64,000 nucleotides of DNA from contig QPGO01000048.1 in assembly GCA_008632985.1 (NCBI GenBank), forward strand, positions 372,001-436,000. The letters are read 5' to 3'. Made by a program: the position numbers and the translations under genes. This stretch comes from Psammoneis japonica. Taxonomy: Eukaryota. Below, piece by piece: positions 12,241 to 25,529 of the stretch (position 1 is its first letter; each line of letters opens with the position of its first letter). Below the pieces are notes generated by a model that saw only the letters and a program-made list of their open reading frames with translations, did not search any database and was not told where the DNA came from.

Positions 12241-15200
12241 GTGGGACAATTTTCTAGACGTGGTCTCCTTGGGCTGCATCAGCTCCAATGGCGGGAGATT
12301 GCTCATGCGGTGGTGGGAGGAGTTGCTTCGTTCCGCACAACTGTGTTCTGGCACGGGGTGCCCTCTCCGGTCTTTGATGAAGGCCTGCGCCGTTCCATTG
12401 GTCACATCATTGATTGCAAGCTGCCCGGGCCGGCATCGCCCCAACACCCCCGGGGTGAGTTTTACACAGAAGCTGACCATCTTAATCCGCAGTTCCTGGA
12501 CCGGCCGGTCATGCACCCGTCTCATCGGTCTCCGACAGGTTGGGCCTCCCGCACTCTCTCTGTGGATGAAATGTTGGCTGCCTGGGATTTCCCTCTGCGT
12601 TTCCGGACTCCTCAGGTGCACCGGGCTTTGGAGCAGGGGTTTTCGCTTGTCCCGCTGAACCTCCTCACTTTGTTTGTGGAAACTTACATTGCCGACGCTC
12701 CCCGCTCCTCGTCGAGGCCTGGGGGTGTGGGTGATCGGGACACTGTTGTTGACGTTGCGCATCGTGAGACAGGAACGTGGCCACCTGGCCTTCAGCGGTG
12801 CTTGCCTCACACTTGGATCGACGTGTCTCTGACAACGGCGAAAGCCACTGAGGGTGATGCGGCGGCGCCTCCGCTTCGTTTGTGGGACAAGCAGATTGCC
12901 CTGCTGTTCCCGACCTTTGAGAAGGCTCTGCCTGCACTCCGGAATCTAACCCACCGATGGTGGCAACGGAGGACCCTCCGGTCCTTCCCATCTTGCCTGC
13001 ACCAAGAGCATGGACCAACGTGGGTTGGCAGGTTGGCCATTCAACGTCGGTGTTTTGGGGATGCCAGGGGGCATCTTCAGGGGGGGGTTCACCGTCACCC
13101 TCCACTCCCACCTTTGCCACTTGACGCACACCTTGGAGCGGACGTGTTGACACAAGTGTTGGCCAGTTCATGGTGGAACTGGGGCCGAGGCTCTGCCCTC
13201 CTGTTTTGGCGATGGCCCACTCCGGAACAGCGGGTGTGCGCCCGGGATGGAATCAAAATTTTTGTTCAAGGCCCCCTTCCCCACAATCGTCGCCGTCAGC
13301 GAATTCAAGGTGCAGAGCAGGAGATCCTCCGGATGGCGGATGAGATGCAGAAAGTCTGGGACCAAGGACACATCTGCCAGAGGGTAAGGTGATTAGCTTG
13401 ACGGACCATTTTTGGGTCCCAAAGACTGTTCGGGTCGAGCCTCAGAATGGGCGATTGGTGGAAATCGTTGAGGATGTACGGATGGTTTACAGTGGGACCT
13501 CTTCCGGGTCAAATGATGCCTTGTGGGCACCCTCCTTTTTCTTGCCCACCCCCGCCTCGGTTCTGGGTTGCATGACCCACTCTACCTTCTCGGTGGACCT
13601 CGATCTTGGTGACATGTTCTTAAATTTTTTCATGGATCCCGCCATCCGGCCGCATGCGGGGATCGACCTAACCCCGCTCAGGCCGCATCTTCTGACGACC
13701 GGACCGTCTTTGGGGGGTTCACTCTGGTTCGAACGATGGAACTGCCTGTTCATGGGCATGCGCCCCAGCCCTTGCTCAGCAATTCAAGCCTTCTGTTGGG
13801 CCGACAAGATTGCCCGAGGCGACCCACGACATCCTTCCAACATTGTGGGGTGTGACAAGCTCATCCTCAACTTGCCGGGGGACCCAAATTTCCAGATGGA
13901 CAAACCGTTCGTCATGAAGTGGAACTCACATCGGGAGGAAATTGCTGGGGACATCAAAACCTTTGTGGACGACTTGCGAGGCATGGGAGCGAGCGAGGAA
14001 GCCACATGGCAAGTGGCTCATCAAATGGCCTCTCGATCACAGCATCTTGGTCTGCAGAACGCGGCTCAAAAAGTGCGCCCTCCTTCTCAGGTTGAAACCG
14101 GCGCCTGGGCGGGTGCCATCTTCAGGGTCATCGACAGGGACGTTGCTCAGTCGGCAACCCAGGCCAAGTGGGATAAAGCCAAGGCCATCATTTCCGATTT
14201 GCTTGATCACTGTGCAGATCAGGCCAAAGGCTTCCTTCCCATGTTTGACTTTAAGGACCTAGAGCGGAAACGGGGTTTTCTGGTTCACCTTGCGATGACT
14301 TGTGCCTTTCTAACCCCCTTCTTGAAAGGGGTCCATTTGACCCTTGACTCGTGGCGACCAAACCGAAAGGAGGACGGTTGGGCCATGACCGGAAAGGAGT
14401 GCGCGAGCTGGATTCATCACCTGGCTGAGAAGCAGGGACTAGAACCGTCTGCAGTCATCGAGGGGCTAAGGGACCGTCCACCACCTCAGCAGGTCACGGC
14501 GGTCCCTCGCCTGTTCACGGATTTGGGGGCAATGTCCCGAATTGTGGAGCCCCCGACCCCTGCTGTGGTGATCATTCGGTCCTCGAAAATCGTTGCTGTC
14601 CTTTGTGGGTTCGGCGATGCATCTGGAAAGGGTCTTGGCACGTCTCTAGAAGCATCGGACGGAACGATTGTCTTCCGGATTGGTGTGTGGGGCGACGACG
14701 AGCTAGGAAATTCTTCAAATTGGAAGGAATTGTCCAATGCAGTCGACACCATCCAGGAACTCGTAGAGGAAGGGGAATTGACTGGGGCGTGTCCATTCTT
14801 TTTTACCGACAACTCGGTTGCTGAACTCACCTGGTGCAAGGGCACCTCTTCCAGCTCTCTGCTGCTCAAGCAAATTGTCCGGTTGAAATCTTTAGAGGCC
14901 AAGCATGGGATTAGACTGTGTCTCACACACGTCTCGGGAGGTCGGATGACAGCGCAGGGTGCGGACGGAGTTTCTCGGGGAGCATTGTCGGAAGGTGCAA
15001 TGAATGGGGCCAAGATGCTTTCATTCGCACCTCTTCATCTCGCAGCTGCCACTCGCTCTCCCACTCTGTTTGCGTGGATCCAATCCTGGGTGGGTGCTCC
15101 CTCTCTGGAGTCACTGACCCCCTTGGAGTGGCATCAGAAGGGACATGACATTGCCAGCTGGAATTGCTTGAGTCAAGAGGCAATCGAGATGCCCCAGTTC

Positions 15201-15686
15201 AAGTCAGGCACTTGGGTTTGGGCCCCGCCCCCGGCCGCAGCGAGGGCTGCTCTGGAAGAGCTCCGGATCGCCAGGATTAAATGACAGACTTCATTCCACA
15301 CATTTGTCTGCCCACGTTTGATGACACCGGAGTGGCAGAAGCAGTTGTGCAAGGCGGCGGATCTGGTGTTCACCGTCCCAGCTGGAGCGAGGTCTTTCTG
15401 GCCAGGTGACATGTTCGAGCCATTGCCAATCAGTCTCCTTTTTCCGTTTGTTTCTTGCAGCCCTTGGCAGCTGCGGGGAACCCCAAAAATGTGTGCCATG
15501 GACCGGTCCTTGCGACGAGTGTGGGCGGACTCTGCGGTGGACGAAGGGCATCTTCTGCGCAAATTTTGTGCACAATGTGGGAATCTGGCCGGCATGTCGG
15601 AAAGCATGGTGTCCCGGGTGTCATGCTTCGAGAAAAAGCGTGACGTTCCATCTGGGGGGAATCCTGACGGACGACCCCCAAAATGA
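12241..15686 (+). pseudogene. Ngaro pol: reverse transcriptase + RNase H (frameshifted, Tyr-depleted)
   Basis: SSWWNWGRGSALLFWRWP; HFWVPK...VRMVYSGTSSG; DLDLGDMFLNF; MGMRPSP; TFVDDLR (RT catalytic motif); GFGDASGKG, SSNWKEL, FFTDNSVAE, HVSGGRMTAQGADGVSRG (RNase H). Confidence 0.9.
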
Positions 15687-15719
15687 TGAACCCTGACTCT
15701 CGGAGCTGGCCGCCCTTGG

Positions 15720-17026
15720 TTGGACGACAGCACTTGGTTTCGGAAGCCACAGGACAAAAATGAGTTCTTGCAGGCTCGGGTTGGAGACCATCTTGTGGTG
15801 GCGTTTGAGTGCGATTTGTGTGTTTTTCACAAGTTGTGCCAGAGGGAACCCGCAACGTCATCACCTCGAGACGAGGTTGCCCTGGCTTGCATTCGCCACG
15901 TGATCCTGGACGCTTTTTGGAGCCGGGAGTCATCAACAGTCGAAGCGAATGCGGCCAGAGTTGGACGGGGCCCGACTTCATCTGAACGTTTGGGCCTGAC
16001 AGGTCCTTGCCTTGAACCAGGTCCACTCCCGCCCTGTGACCACTGTGGGCACAAGGTCGTGATGCAGATGGTCTTGGCATCTGCAACTGCGGGGAAACAC
16101 TCGGAGGCACAACCCAATTCGATGCGATCCGGAAATTGCAGACTGCATGCTCTAATCAGGTGTGGGCCTCTGCCCAGGCTAACTCACATGCTTTGGCGTT
16201 GGGTGACTTGGAGGGAAAGCAGTGTCTCCGGGCATGTGAGGACCCGTGTGCCTCACTTTGGTTTCAACGTTTCATGACTGGCTGCAAGAGATGGGTGGGT
16301 CAAGACTGGAGACCCGACAGGGCGATGTCAGTGGACGTCATGCAACACCTCATGCCTCGAGTCAAGGAGAAGGCCCTTCGAGCCCCAGGAGAAGCGGACA
16401 GATTCATGTGCCTCTTCTGCGGTTTGCACTTCGCGGCCAGCTGCGCATTGTCTCTCCGGGGCCCAGAAGGTCTGCTCATGGACCTGGGCGCTCTGGCAAA
16501 GCATCTGCCAAGACATGCGGATTGCACTGCAGTCCCACTTTTGGGGCGAGTGAAGGGAGAACATGGGGAGCGGCAGCACCTCCTCCCAAGTGTGAATGTA
16601 ACCAGCTCCGGGACCAACCTTCGATTTTGGGTGGAGACGGCAGTGTCGTTACACTTGGCACGTGGTCAAACGCGTGGACCAGCTGTGTCAGATGTGGACA
16701 GAAAAGTCTTGTCCACCAAAGAGCTTGACACTTTCCTCCATGAAGTGCTGGGAGACATCTACGACGACCATCCCAGTTTGTTTGCTGCTGATGTCACGTC
16801 CATTGCCGACACACAGGACAAATGTGATGCAAGCCGATCATTCCGGAGGGGATCTGATTCTCGTGCTGTTGCTCAAAAGGTGTCTGAAGACGACATTGAT
16901 GTTGTCAACTGTTGGAAAAAGAAGGAGAGAGCGGGGGCGGCTCGACCTGCTCACAAAATGCGGCAACACTGTGCCGACGTCACTCTTCTTTTGCCCTCTT
17001 TCCTGCGTTGCACCAAGGCCATGTGA
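15720..17026 (+). pseudogene. Ngaro tyrosine recombinase (frameshifted; putative catalytic Tyr now Cys)
   Basis: ALSLRGPEG (Arg I), LLGRVKGE (Lys), SRSFRRGS (box II), MRQHCADV with TGT at 16970-16972 at the expected nucleophile position. Confidence 0.85.
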
Positions 17027-17140
17027 TTCGGGACGATTGCAAGCCCTTGGAGACGTCAGGCTCTCAAAGAGCAGTTTTCATCGCCCTGCTTTTGAGATCG
17101 GCTTTTATGGTGGCCACTGCCCAGGTTTCTCATCGGGGGG

Positions 17141-18288
17141 GGATTAGAGCTCGACCTGTCTCATTCGGCCCCGGGAGTCGTTGAGACTGGGTTCAAGACA
17201 ACTGAGCAGCACAAGACCTTCGACGGCTTCAGTTTTCATGTGGGAAAACTTGGTCTGGCATGTCTTTGTTTGAGTTGACCTTCTGCTCTCTAAATTGCAC
17301 CCAACGTCGCGCAATGCCGAAGGGAACAATTCTCGAGATTGGTCCTCGAAAACGCCCGAGGTGCTTGCACTGCTCCGCGGTGTGTCACAAGAGCCCCTGC
17401 ATTGCTGCAGGACCCTGCGGAGGGCATGGGTTTCCCCATCCCCCCTTGTGCAGAGTAGAGCTTGTGCCGAAAGCTTCACTCTGTGAGTCTCCCAAGTGTC
17501 CCAATGATTTGTCACTTCTCAGTGGTTCTTGACTGGGATCATCCGAGATCTGGTCCGAAGCGGCGGGTGGCAGAGTCCTCACTCGGATCCTCCTCGCACC
17601 CAAGTTTAGATGGAGACAGACTGACTCGAATCAACCCCCCGCGATGACTGTGACTTCTCGCCTGATCCATTTCGGAAGCTTGGGACTTCCGGTTCAAGAT
17701 GACCCAGTCCAGTCTTCTGGCTGTGACCGGCCAAACTTCGGTTTTCTCTTTTCCCACTTTTCCAGCTTGATTGGAACAGGAACCCTGATCAACGTGACTG
17801 GATCACACAAGCCCGGAAAAGCATTGTTCTTTTTCACCCACCCACCTCACCCTGGATTGGAGCTCGACCTGTCTCATTCGGCCCCGGGAGTCGTTGAGGC
17901 CAGGTTCAAGACAACTGAGTGGCACAAGACCTTCGACGGCTTTGGTTTTCGCACGGGAAAACTTGGTCTGGCGTGTCTTCGTTTGAGTTGACCTTCTGCT
18001 CTCTAAATTGCACCCAACGTCGCGCAATGCCGAAGGGAACAATTCTCGAGATTGGTCCTCGAAAACGCCCGAGGTGCTTGCACTGCTCCGGCATGTCACA
18101 AGAGCCCTGTCCTGCGGAGGGCATGGGTTTCCCCATCCCCCCTTGCACGGAGTGGAGCTTATACCGAAAGCTTTACTCTATGAGTCTCCTAAGCATCCTG
18201 ATGATTTGTTGCTTCTTAGTGGTTCTTGACTAGGATCATCCGAGATCTAGTCCGAAGCGGCGGGTGGCAGAGTCCCCACTCGGATCCT
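17141..18288 (+). repeat. Ngaro 3' repeat block B1 (17141-17591) / A2 (17590-17836) / B2 (17854-18288)
   Basis: ggatt(a/g)gagctcgacctgtctcattcggccccggg at 17141 and 17854; both copies end ...cactcggatcct. Confidence 0.93.
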
Positions 18289-18606
18289 ACACGCTCTACA
18301 TGTTGTAAATACGGTGCCGTAGGGTTCGACCTCCCAAGCCGGGAGTGGTAGGGTTCGTACCGGTATCCTTCACCCCCCCCCCCCCCCCAACAAAATGGAT
18401 TCCGTCCCGCTGGTAAAGGTTGAAGGTATTACAATGCTAAATTGACAGAAGACCATGCTGAGCAAGAGAAATGAGAATTGCTATCTGTCGGAACACATAG
18501 AAACCAATACCTGGTAGAATCGAAAAGCCATCATTCGACATACGAGCGGCGCGGAGTGATCGAGGGGGGCGTATTTGGAAGCAGCAACAGGCACTCCAAC
18601 CAAAAA

Positions 18607-20285
18607 ATGTCATCAGACACCGCCAGCCATCTTCAAAGCCCACTGCCGAAGAGTGTGTCCGGAGTCCTGTCATTTCGGCGGCGAATGTTTCTTATTACGG
18701 TGGCATGCCTCCAGAATATTGCCGCGTCTGGGATAATATATGGCTGGGCGAGTGTCGCGGGGTCTTTGTTGGTGGCATCTTTTGAGAACGGAGGCGCCGC
18801 CCTGAAATTGGAAGACACGACGAGCATTTTTTCTGTCGCGGCCTGCGTTTCATTTGCATCATCCCTGTTTCTAGGGTATATTCTAGATCATTTCGGGCCA
18901 ATAGCTTGCTCAGTCATATCGCACATCGTTATTGGAATGGGTTGCGCCGTTTTTGCCTCAGCACATTCTTACTTTGGATTTCTTACTGGGCTGTGCCTTA
19001 TTGCATTTGGGGGACCAGGGATTGTTTGTTCCGTTGTTCATCTGGCAAATCTCTTTCCAAACAATCGATTCCTCGTTATGACGACTGTGACGGGAAGCAC
19101 CACTCTTTCATTTGGTGTTTTTGTACTTTTTGACAGTCTCTGGATTCGATATGGTTTGGGATTCCGAACTCTCTTTGGAGCTTATTCTACTGTTATCACA
19201 GTTTCTTGCGCTGCATCTGTTTTCTTATGGCAAGATACGCCCTACGAGCTGGCAGACCAACAGCCACCAGAAGAAAGCATTGGCGAAGACTCACCGTTGA
19301 TCGAATCCAAGGAACGTACCCGGTTCGTGACGTCGCTGATCGATCATGAACACCTAATCGAACAACCTCTAGATTCTGGATTGCGAAACAACGACAAACA
19401 TCAGCTTGACCGACACGCGTCATTCCTCATGTCTAAATCAGCAATAGAAATTGGTAATGAAGAAGCACTGAAGAACATCAGCTTGAAGGATCGTCCGTTT
19501 CTCTCGCAAGTCACCAGTGGTTGTTTTCTGCGGATAACATCCTTGTTTCTTGTGTTCACATTCTTTGCTAGCCTTTATGTGGCTTCCATTACAATCGAGG
19601 TATGTCTCGTACCTAGCTCAAGTATGAGCCCACCCCTTTGTCCCTGCTTTAAGTGTTGCTTGTTTTCTTTTTGTTGATATTTAAGCTCGAAGACACCCAG
19701 TATTTCTCCGAAGAAGACCAGCATCAGCTTACCCGCCTTCTAACCTTGTGCATGGCATCAGGGATTCTCGTATCCCCACCTGTTGGGTGGCTATTGGATA
19801 CGGCTGGATGGGAGACGTGTACTATCGTGACTGTAATAGTGGAGCAGATACACATGCTACTGCTCGTTTTCTTCACGCGACAGAAAAGTATGATGATGGT
19901 TGGTTTTCTCGCCTATACGGCGTTTCGACAGCTATTCTTTCCCGTTTTCTTTGCAAGTCTCACAGATAGACTTGGCTACAAATACTTTGGCGTATTGTCA
20001 GGACTTGGATATGCAGTGTCAGGTGTCGGCCAGCTGTTGATAAGTCCCGTCGTCGTTTTGGTTCAGGGAACATGTCATTTGGAAGTAGATGGTCTAAGCC
20101 CGACCTCGACAGATTGCACGAACGGCAAATGGACCGAGCTTCATTTCTTTCAGTTTGTCTTGTTCTGTTTTTTGATGCAAATACCTCGTCTGGATTATCG
20201 AATCAAGAAGCGTCAAGAGCGTAATGTCAAGAACGTTCTCAACATTGGCACACACCAAGGTGTTGCAATGGCGGATTACTTGTAG
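18607..20285 (+). CDS. Major facilitator superfamily transporter (SLC43/LAT3-like), 2 exons
   Basis: Many TM helices, SGIIYGWAS, GYILDHFGP and GWLLDTAG motifs; intron 19600-19685 (GT...AG) joins the two ORFs in frame. Confidence 0.85.
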
Positions 20286-20855
20286 CAATAGAGGTACGTA
20301 CGGTTCGGCTGACTGGATGGTATGGCGCTGGCCCTGGCTGGATAGATAGCGATGGGCTGGATGGCACGGCATGGCATGGCTGTGCTGGCTGGATGGATAG
20401 GATATGGCAGGGCATGCCATGATATGTATGAGGAAATTGTGAGCGAAAAGTTCAACAGTCTAGATCCGATAATTTCGTTAAATTTGAACACCAATTTTTT
20501 ACACCTACCGGTAGTACCGGTAGCACACGAGAAGGTAAAGAATCTTCCACATATCACTGATCAGGGGTGCTCTCGCTGCGAGGTTGACAGCAGGCAAACC
20601 AAAAACGTGTCCGTTGCTTCCTATTGCGTTGAATAGGAAAAACGAAACTACCTAAACAACTCAGCGTAAGTAAACAGATCAAGCGAGCATCCAAACCGCC
20701 AACCATGCATTTCTGCAGAGGGGGCATGGCGGGAACTGCCGCGAAGTACCTATTCTCGCTGTTCACACTTGACAGAATACTTGAGTGGTGCTGCCTAGAG
20801 GAATCATGGTTCGCTTACCGTCTCTTTTGCTTTGTCTGCCTTCCTTTCTATAGAA

Positions 20856-21513
20856 ATGAGCGCGCAAGCATTCATTGCTTTCTTGAAATGCGAGGCGAAT
20901 CAAGCCGCGGAGCGCGCCAAGAGCCTAAGAGCTACGGCAGCCGCAATCGAAGCGAATGCCGGTAGCGAAGGTAAGAACAAAATAGACGTACCGGTGTGAT
21001 ATGGGGTTGTCACCGGATGCCGGTACTGTAGGTGTGTTAATCAGACTGCTTGCTCTTGGCCATTTCAAAAGATTCAGGACGAAAGAAGCGCAAAGCCCGC
21101 GATCCCAGCAAGCCTAAGAGATCTCACACGGCATACACTCTCTATGTGCACGAAAATTACGAGCTGATCAAGAAGAATCAAGATCCCAACATACCTTCAA
21201 AAGACATCATATCGCTTGTTGCAAAGCAGTGGGCTGAAACGAGCGAGGAAGATAAGCAGGTATGATAGAAAGGGTGATTCTAAATGGATTTCTCTTTGAG
21301 GATCAACTCACACTGCCGGATGGAACTCTTTCGTATATATAGTTGTGGAAAGACCGCGCCTTAGCCCACAAAGTGGCGCATGAATCGAGCGAAGCTGGAG
21401 CAGGTGACATGGATGAGATGTTGGAAACTGATGGAGCAGAAGACTTGGAAGACGGGGACAAGGGCAAGAAAAGGCGCGCAACGAAAAAGGTAGCAAAGAT
21501 GACCTACGTGTAG
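20856..21513 (+). CDS. HMG-box protein, 3 exons
   Basis: KKRKARDPSKPKRSHTAYTLYVHENYELIK...IISLVAKQWAETSEEDKQ|LWKDRA; introns ~20971-21071 and ~21260-21342; TAG at 21511. The true start may lie upstream. Confidence 0.85.
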
Positions 21514-21591
21514 AAGTTGGCTGCCGGGTTGAGGGCGATTTTACTGAATATGATACATCGTCGAGTGGGGGTTAGCTAGTTTTCATTTCCC

Positions 21592-23291
21592 TCAGCTTGA
21601 CAATTTCTCTGAAAATAAATCAATAGGTCCGCCATGTTGCACAATTTTAACCAGCGACGTGAGCCCTCTCATTATCTGCAGCATTATAAGGGAGTACCAC
21701 ACGTGCACCAGTGTATCAGCATGATCACCAAAATACTGCAAACTAACGAAGGCGATTACAGCGACAGACCCACTAAGCGCCATCGCCTTGGCTTGGTACG
21801 TAAACTCAGACGCTCCTTGTAGAACGCCATCAGCAGCAAACACAAAAGAATTGAGGGGCTGCGCAAAAACAAGGACAAAAAGAAGCTTTTGCAGAGCCGC
21901 CTGGGTTCCCGGATCGCTTGTGAATGCGTCCAAAAAAAATGCGTGTAGCTACCAATCTGAAGGACGCAGGCTAGTGCAACGCCCTGTACCAAGCTATAGA
22001 AAAACACAGTCTTTGTGATATCTCTAACATCGTCCTTGTCCTCTCTTCCCAGAGCATCTGCCACGAGGCCTTGAGACGCTGCAGCTAAAGCGTCACACAC
22101 AAATGATCCGAGCAGCCAGAGTTGAATAGCAATCTGATGTGCAGCCACGCTTTCTGCCGCTCCGACTTCCGAGCCTATTTCACCTCCTCGAGCCGCCATT
22201 GCAGCAGCGCCCAAGAGCGATAGTTGAAGGAAAGATGATCTCAGAAACACAGACGAGGAGGCCACGATTAGTGGTTTGATTTCCGTCCATGCAGGAATCG
22301 AAAGCGTGGGCACCACAGACAAAGAGCTTCCCAGCTTTTCGTTCCAATGGTTGCTACCGAGCTCCCCATCCGCGCTTGGTAGCCTGCCCGCAAGCACACA
22401 GAGAAACAATATCGCACTAAACCATTCAGAAGTTGTGGTGGCAATCGCCGCGCCCATTGGTCCAAGTCCCGCTCCTGGAATGAGGAGAGCATCCATCACT
22501 AGATTCACGATATTGGACAGCACCAATATAACAACCGGAGTTTTCGTGTCCAAGTATCCCCGTAATATTCCAGAAGACGCCGATATTACAAATATTGCTG
22601 GGGCGGCAAGTCCTCGAATTAAAAAGAACGATGTGGCGTACTCATTGGCGACAGGTCCTGTGTTTGCTGTGCCCATTACGTGCAGCAACGGCTGGGACAA
22701 AGACGACAGGCCAATGCACACGACGATCCCAAGAAAAAACGCAAGTGTCAGCGCTTGTCCACCAACAGCAAGTGCTTCTGATTCCTTTCCTGCCGCACGT
22801 CTTGATGACACAATTGGAGTTGTCGCCGTGCATAGAAAGTTAAACAGGAAGAAGGAAGACGTCAAAATAGATGCGGCTGTACCCATTCCAGCAAGCGCAT
22901 CCGCATTCTCTGCGAAGCGCCCAACAAACACGGTATCGACCAATGTCATCAGAGGATCTATAAGTAGAGCACCTAGCGCAGGGACCGCCAACCCTAAAAT
23001 CGCTTCTCCTGTCGATTTCTTTTCCACCGACCCTTGCGAGCTTGTGCTGTCAGCTTCCTGCAGGGACATGTAACGGAGTGTGTATTTGTCGCGACGAATA
23101 AGAGGCGCTTCTGAATCGTAGTATCCGCCAACATTTTGGTCTTTTCTGAGATCGAGAACCGTTTTCTGCATTTCACGAACAGGATACTGCCGAAGCATGC
23201 ATTTCGAAGTGACCGAGAAAGAAACAACCGGAGTTATAATCACGAAGAAAAGAAGCGGATACGTCAGCGGTTTCAACCCGAACAAACGCAT
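21592..23291 (-). CDS. MATE family efflux transporter (DinF/plastid DTX-like); one apparent frameshift in the A-run at ~21935
   Basis: LAVPALGALLIDPLMTLVDTVFVGR, GILRGYLDTKTP, GAAIATTTSEW, AAHQIAIQLW, QPLNSFVFAADGVLQGASEF; N-terminal signal peptide. Confidence 0.9.
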
Positions 23292-23754
23292 TCAAGTATG
23301 CTTTTGTTGCCACGCAAAAAATCCCGGTGCTTACAGCTGCTCTGTCGGAGCTTGAGATGTGCGTCATTGTGCGATCCGGTCGGTGACCGGTGATGCGATG
23401 ATGATCTCCGCCGTGCGCCGTTTTTTGCGCCGCCGACCGCCGATGACGTGTCTGTGAAACTCGAACACATCGACTAAAAGCGAGGGCTCGTTGCTACACA
23501 ACACATAGCCTTACTTACAGTAGGTACGACCTAAAGGTACCGTACTTGAGCTTGTCTTGAAATTACCTCAACTAAACCTTAACTCAAAGCTTGTCACAGT
23601 GTAGTAACAAAAATATGACACTTCTGGAGAGTACCACCAAGAATGCGTGACAGCGCGATATCATTTTCATTGGTTCAAGGCACAACTTACGATTCTGTAT
23701 AAGACAGTTCGTGTTGTCCAAGAGACCTCGAGGACAAGTCAATCAGAGTTTATC

Positions 23755-24701
23755 TTACAATCGCTCGCCAAACCCCTTCGACCACCTATCGTTATTAATT
23801 GCATATCTTTTGAAGGATTCTTCTCGCACGATTGTCGCCACATCGCGAAGCAACGGCTTTGTTTTGTAGGAGTCCAACAGTTCTACCGAACCATCTGGTC
23901 GTTCGAGGTAAACCTGCCACGGCCCTGGGTACGCACGGAAAACCCAACCCTTGGATATACGTTTGAGATAGTACGCCTCCTCGAAACCCCGTTTGTTTCC
24001 AAGGTCGTATGTGGTTGAATAAGCATTGTTTAGAACAATCACAGGTGCTCCGGGTGATCCATGTGCGCTCACAAGACGATCCCAGGTCTCCTCGCCACCC
24101 GGATTAACGCAGATGACTACTTCTCCGTTACGGCCAGCACGACGGCTTTCAGGACTCATAACTGCACCGCTTCTACTGAGGTCTCCCATGGATTTTACAT
24201 ACTTGAAATTTACTGGCTCTGCAGATAACACTGCAACTGGTTTCCCTCCAATGGGGCTTCCCTTTGCTGCTGCTCCAATTTTCTTTGCCCAGAAAATGTT
24301 AGAATAGGGGATCAGGTTCCGGGAGAGATCACTGCCCGGTTTGTAGCCGCCAACGAAGCTCAGATCTTTACCAACGACAGTCTTTCCAAACTTCTGGTTT
24401 AGCGGGGTCCCGAACCTTACCTAAAGGACACGTTGTATTGAGCGAAGTCACGGCAGAAACTGCATGGGAATCACAAATTGACGCCACTCACCTCCTCGAC
24501 ATTAGGAACTGGTGGGAAGTTTACTTCGATCTTCTTTTTCCCCGCGCCCACAGCTCTCGAGACTGCAGCACTCGCTTGTTTTGCAATTTGGTCGTTGAAC
24601 CAACCATCGTACAACTTTGGCATATCCTTTCCTCCGTCTATGAAAGGGACTAACGCATATGCTATCTGGATGCTACTGAGCACAAAAACCAACGTCCGCA
24701 T
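23755..24701 (-). CDS. DUF1995-like plastid protein, 2 exons
   Basis: Signal peptide, QASAAVSRAV...IEVNFPPV, PVIVLN, YYLKRISKGWVFRAYPGPWQV; intron ~24490-24422. Confidence 0.7.
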
Positions 24702-24894
24702 TTTGAAAAGAGAGGATAGCAGTTCGCCGACAGCCAGGTAGGCAGCTATTAAAATGGGTGGTCAATCCGAAAACATCCAAAATTCCAAAACGCTTTTTCG
24801 CGAATTTCCAAAATAGGATCGAAGTTCAAGTTGTGACGTAAGCATTTGTCCTACGTCAGCAGTTGACCGGTTCACTGACGGACGTGCATTCTGA

Positions 24895-25235
24895 CCGGAC
24901 TACTCGCTCTCTACTAGAGTAGGGCCCTACTAGTTAGAGTAGTAGAGTATTTACTCGGAGTAGTAGTCTCCCCCCTACTGTTCTCTCTCTACTGCTAGTT
25001 AGAGCTAGAGCTACTCTCTCTAGAGCTAGCTACTACTTCTAGCTAGCTAGTAGTAGTAGTAGCTACCGGTACTACGTAGTAGATATCTAAGATAGATCAA
25101 ATAGGTAGTAAGTACCGGTAGATAGCGAGGCTTTAGTATCTCTACCCTCTAGACTTGCTCTACTAGAGGGCCTACTCTACTGTACAATAGAGACTATGTA
25201 CGGCTGGAAAGGTCTTACACTAGAGATAGATGTGG
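24895..25235. repeat. Low-complexity TAG/CTA-saturated intergenic tract
   Basis: ctagctagctagtagtagtagtagctaccggtactacgtagtag and similar; TA density far above the flanks. Confidence 0.8.
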
Positions 25236-25529
25236 AGCTTTCCATGGACTGACCGAACCTTCGATAGCAAGCTACAGTATGTACGGAGCGAACCTCTCGG
25301 CGATGTCCCCTCAGTTGCTTCCTTCCAGTTGTGGAAAACCTGCACACCTAAGTGCTTCGAATAATCTAAAATAAGTCGAATCAAACATAGTGCTACAATA
25401 GGAACTACGGCACCCGTGATATTACTCTTTTACCGCAAGTAGCAAGTCTCTACATGCTTCGCGACTGACTCAACGCGCCCGATGTCTGTCATGCTTTGTT
25501 CTTGTTGATAGTTTTGAACAAATCGATGT

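Larger units (their letters stand above)
9121..18288 (+). mobile_element. Ngaro-type (DIRS order) tyrosine-recombinase retrotransposon with split direct repeats A1...B1-A2-B2
   Basis: A1 9121-9367 matches A2 17590-17836; B1 17141-17591 matches B2 17854-18288. Internal gag-like, RT/RNase H and YR ORFs; no TSD seen. Confidence 0.92.

Noticed and set aside
9850..17026. Alternative genetic code (Tyr encoded by TGY/CAY) in the TE ORFs
   Set aside because: TA loss affects all codon positions and non-coding repeats (e.g. probable Leu TTA->Ser TCA in SGSND), and neighbouring genes use TAY normally.
20290..20425. GGATG/GGCAT-rich tract after the MFS gene
   Set aside because: Degenerate simple repeat with no further supportable structure.
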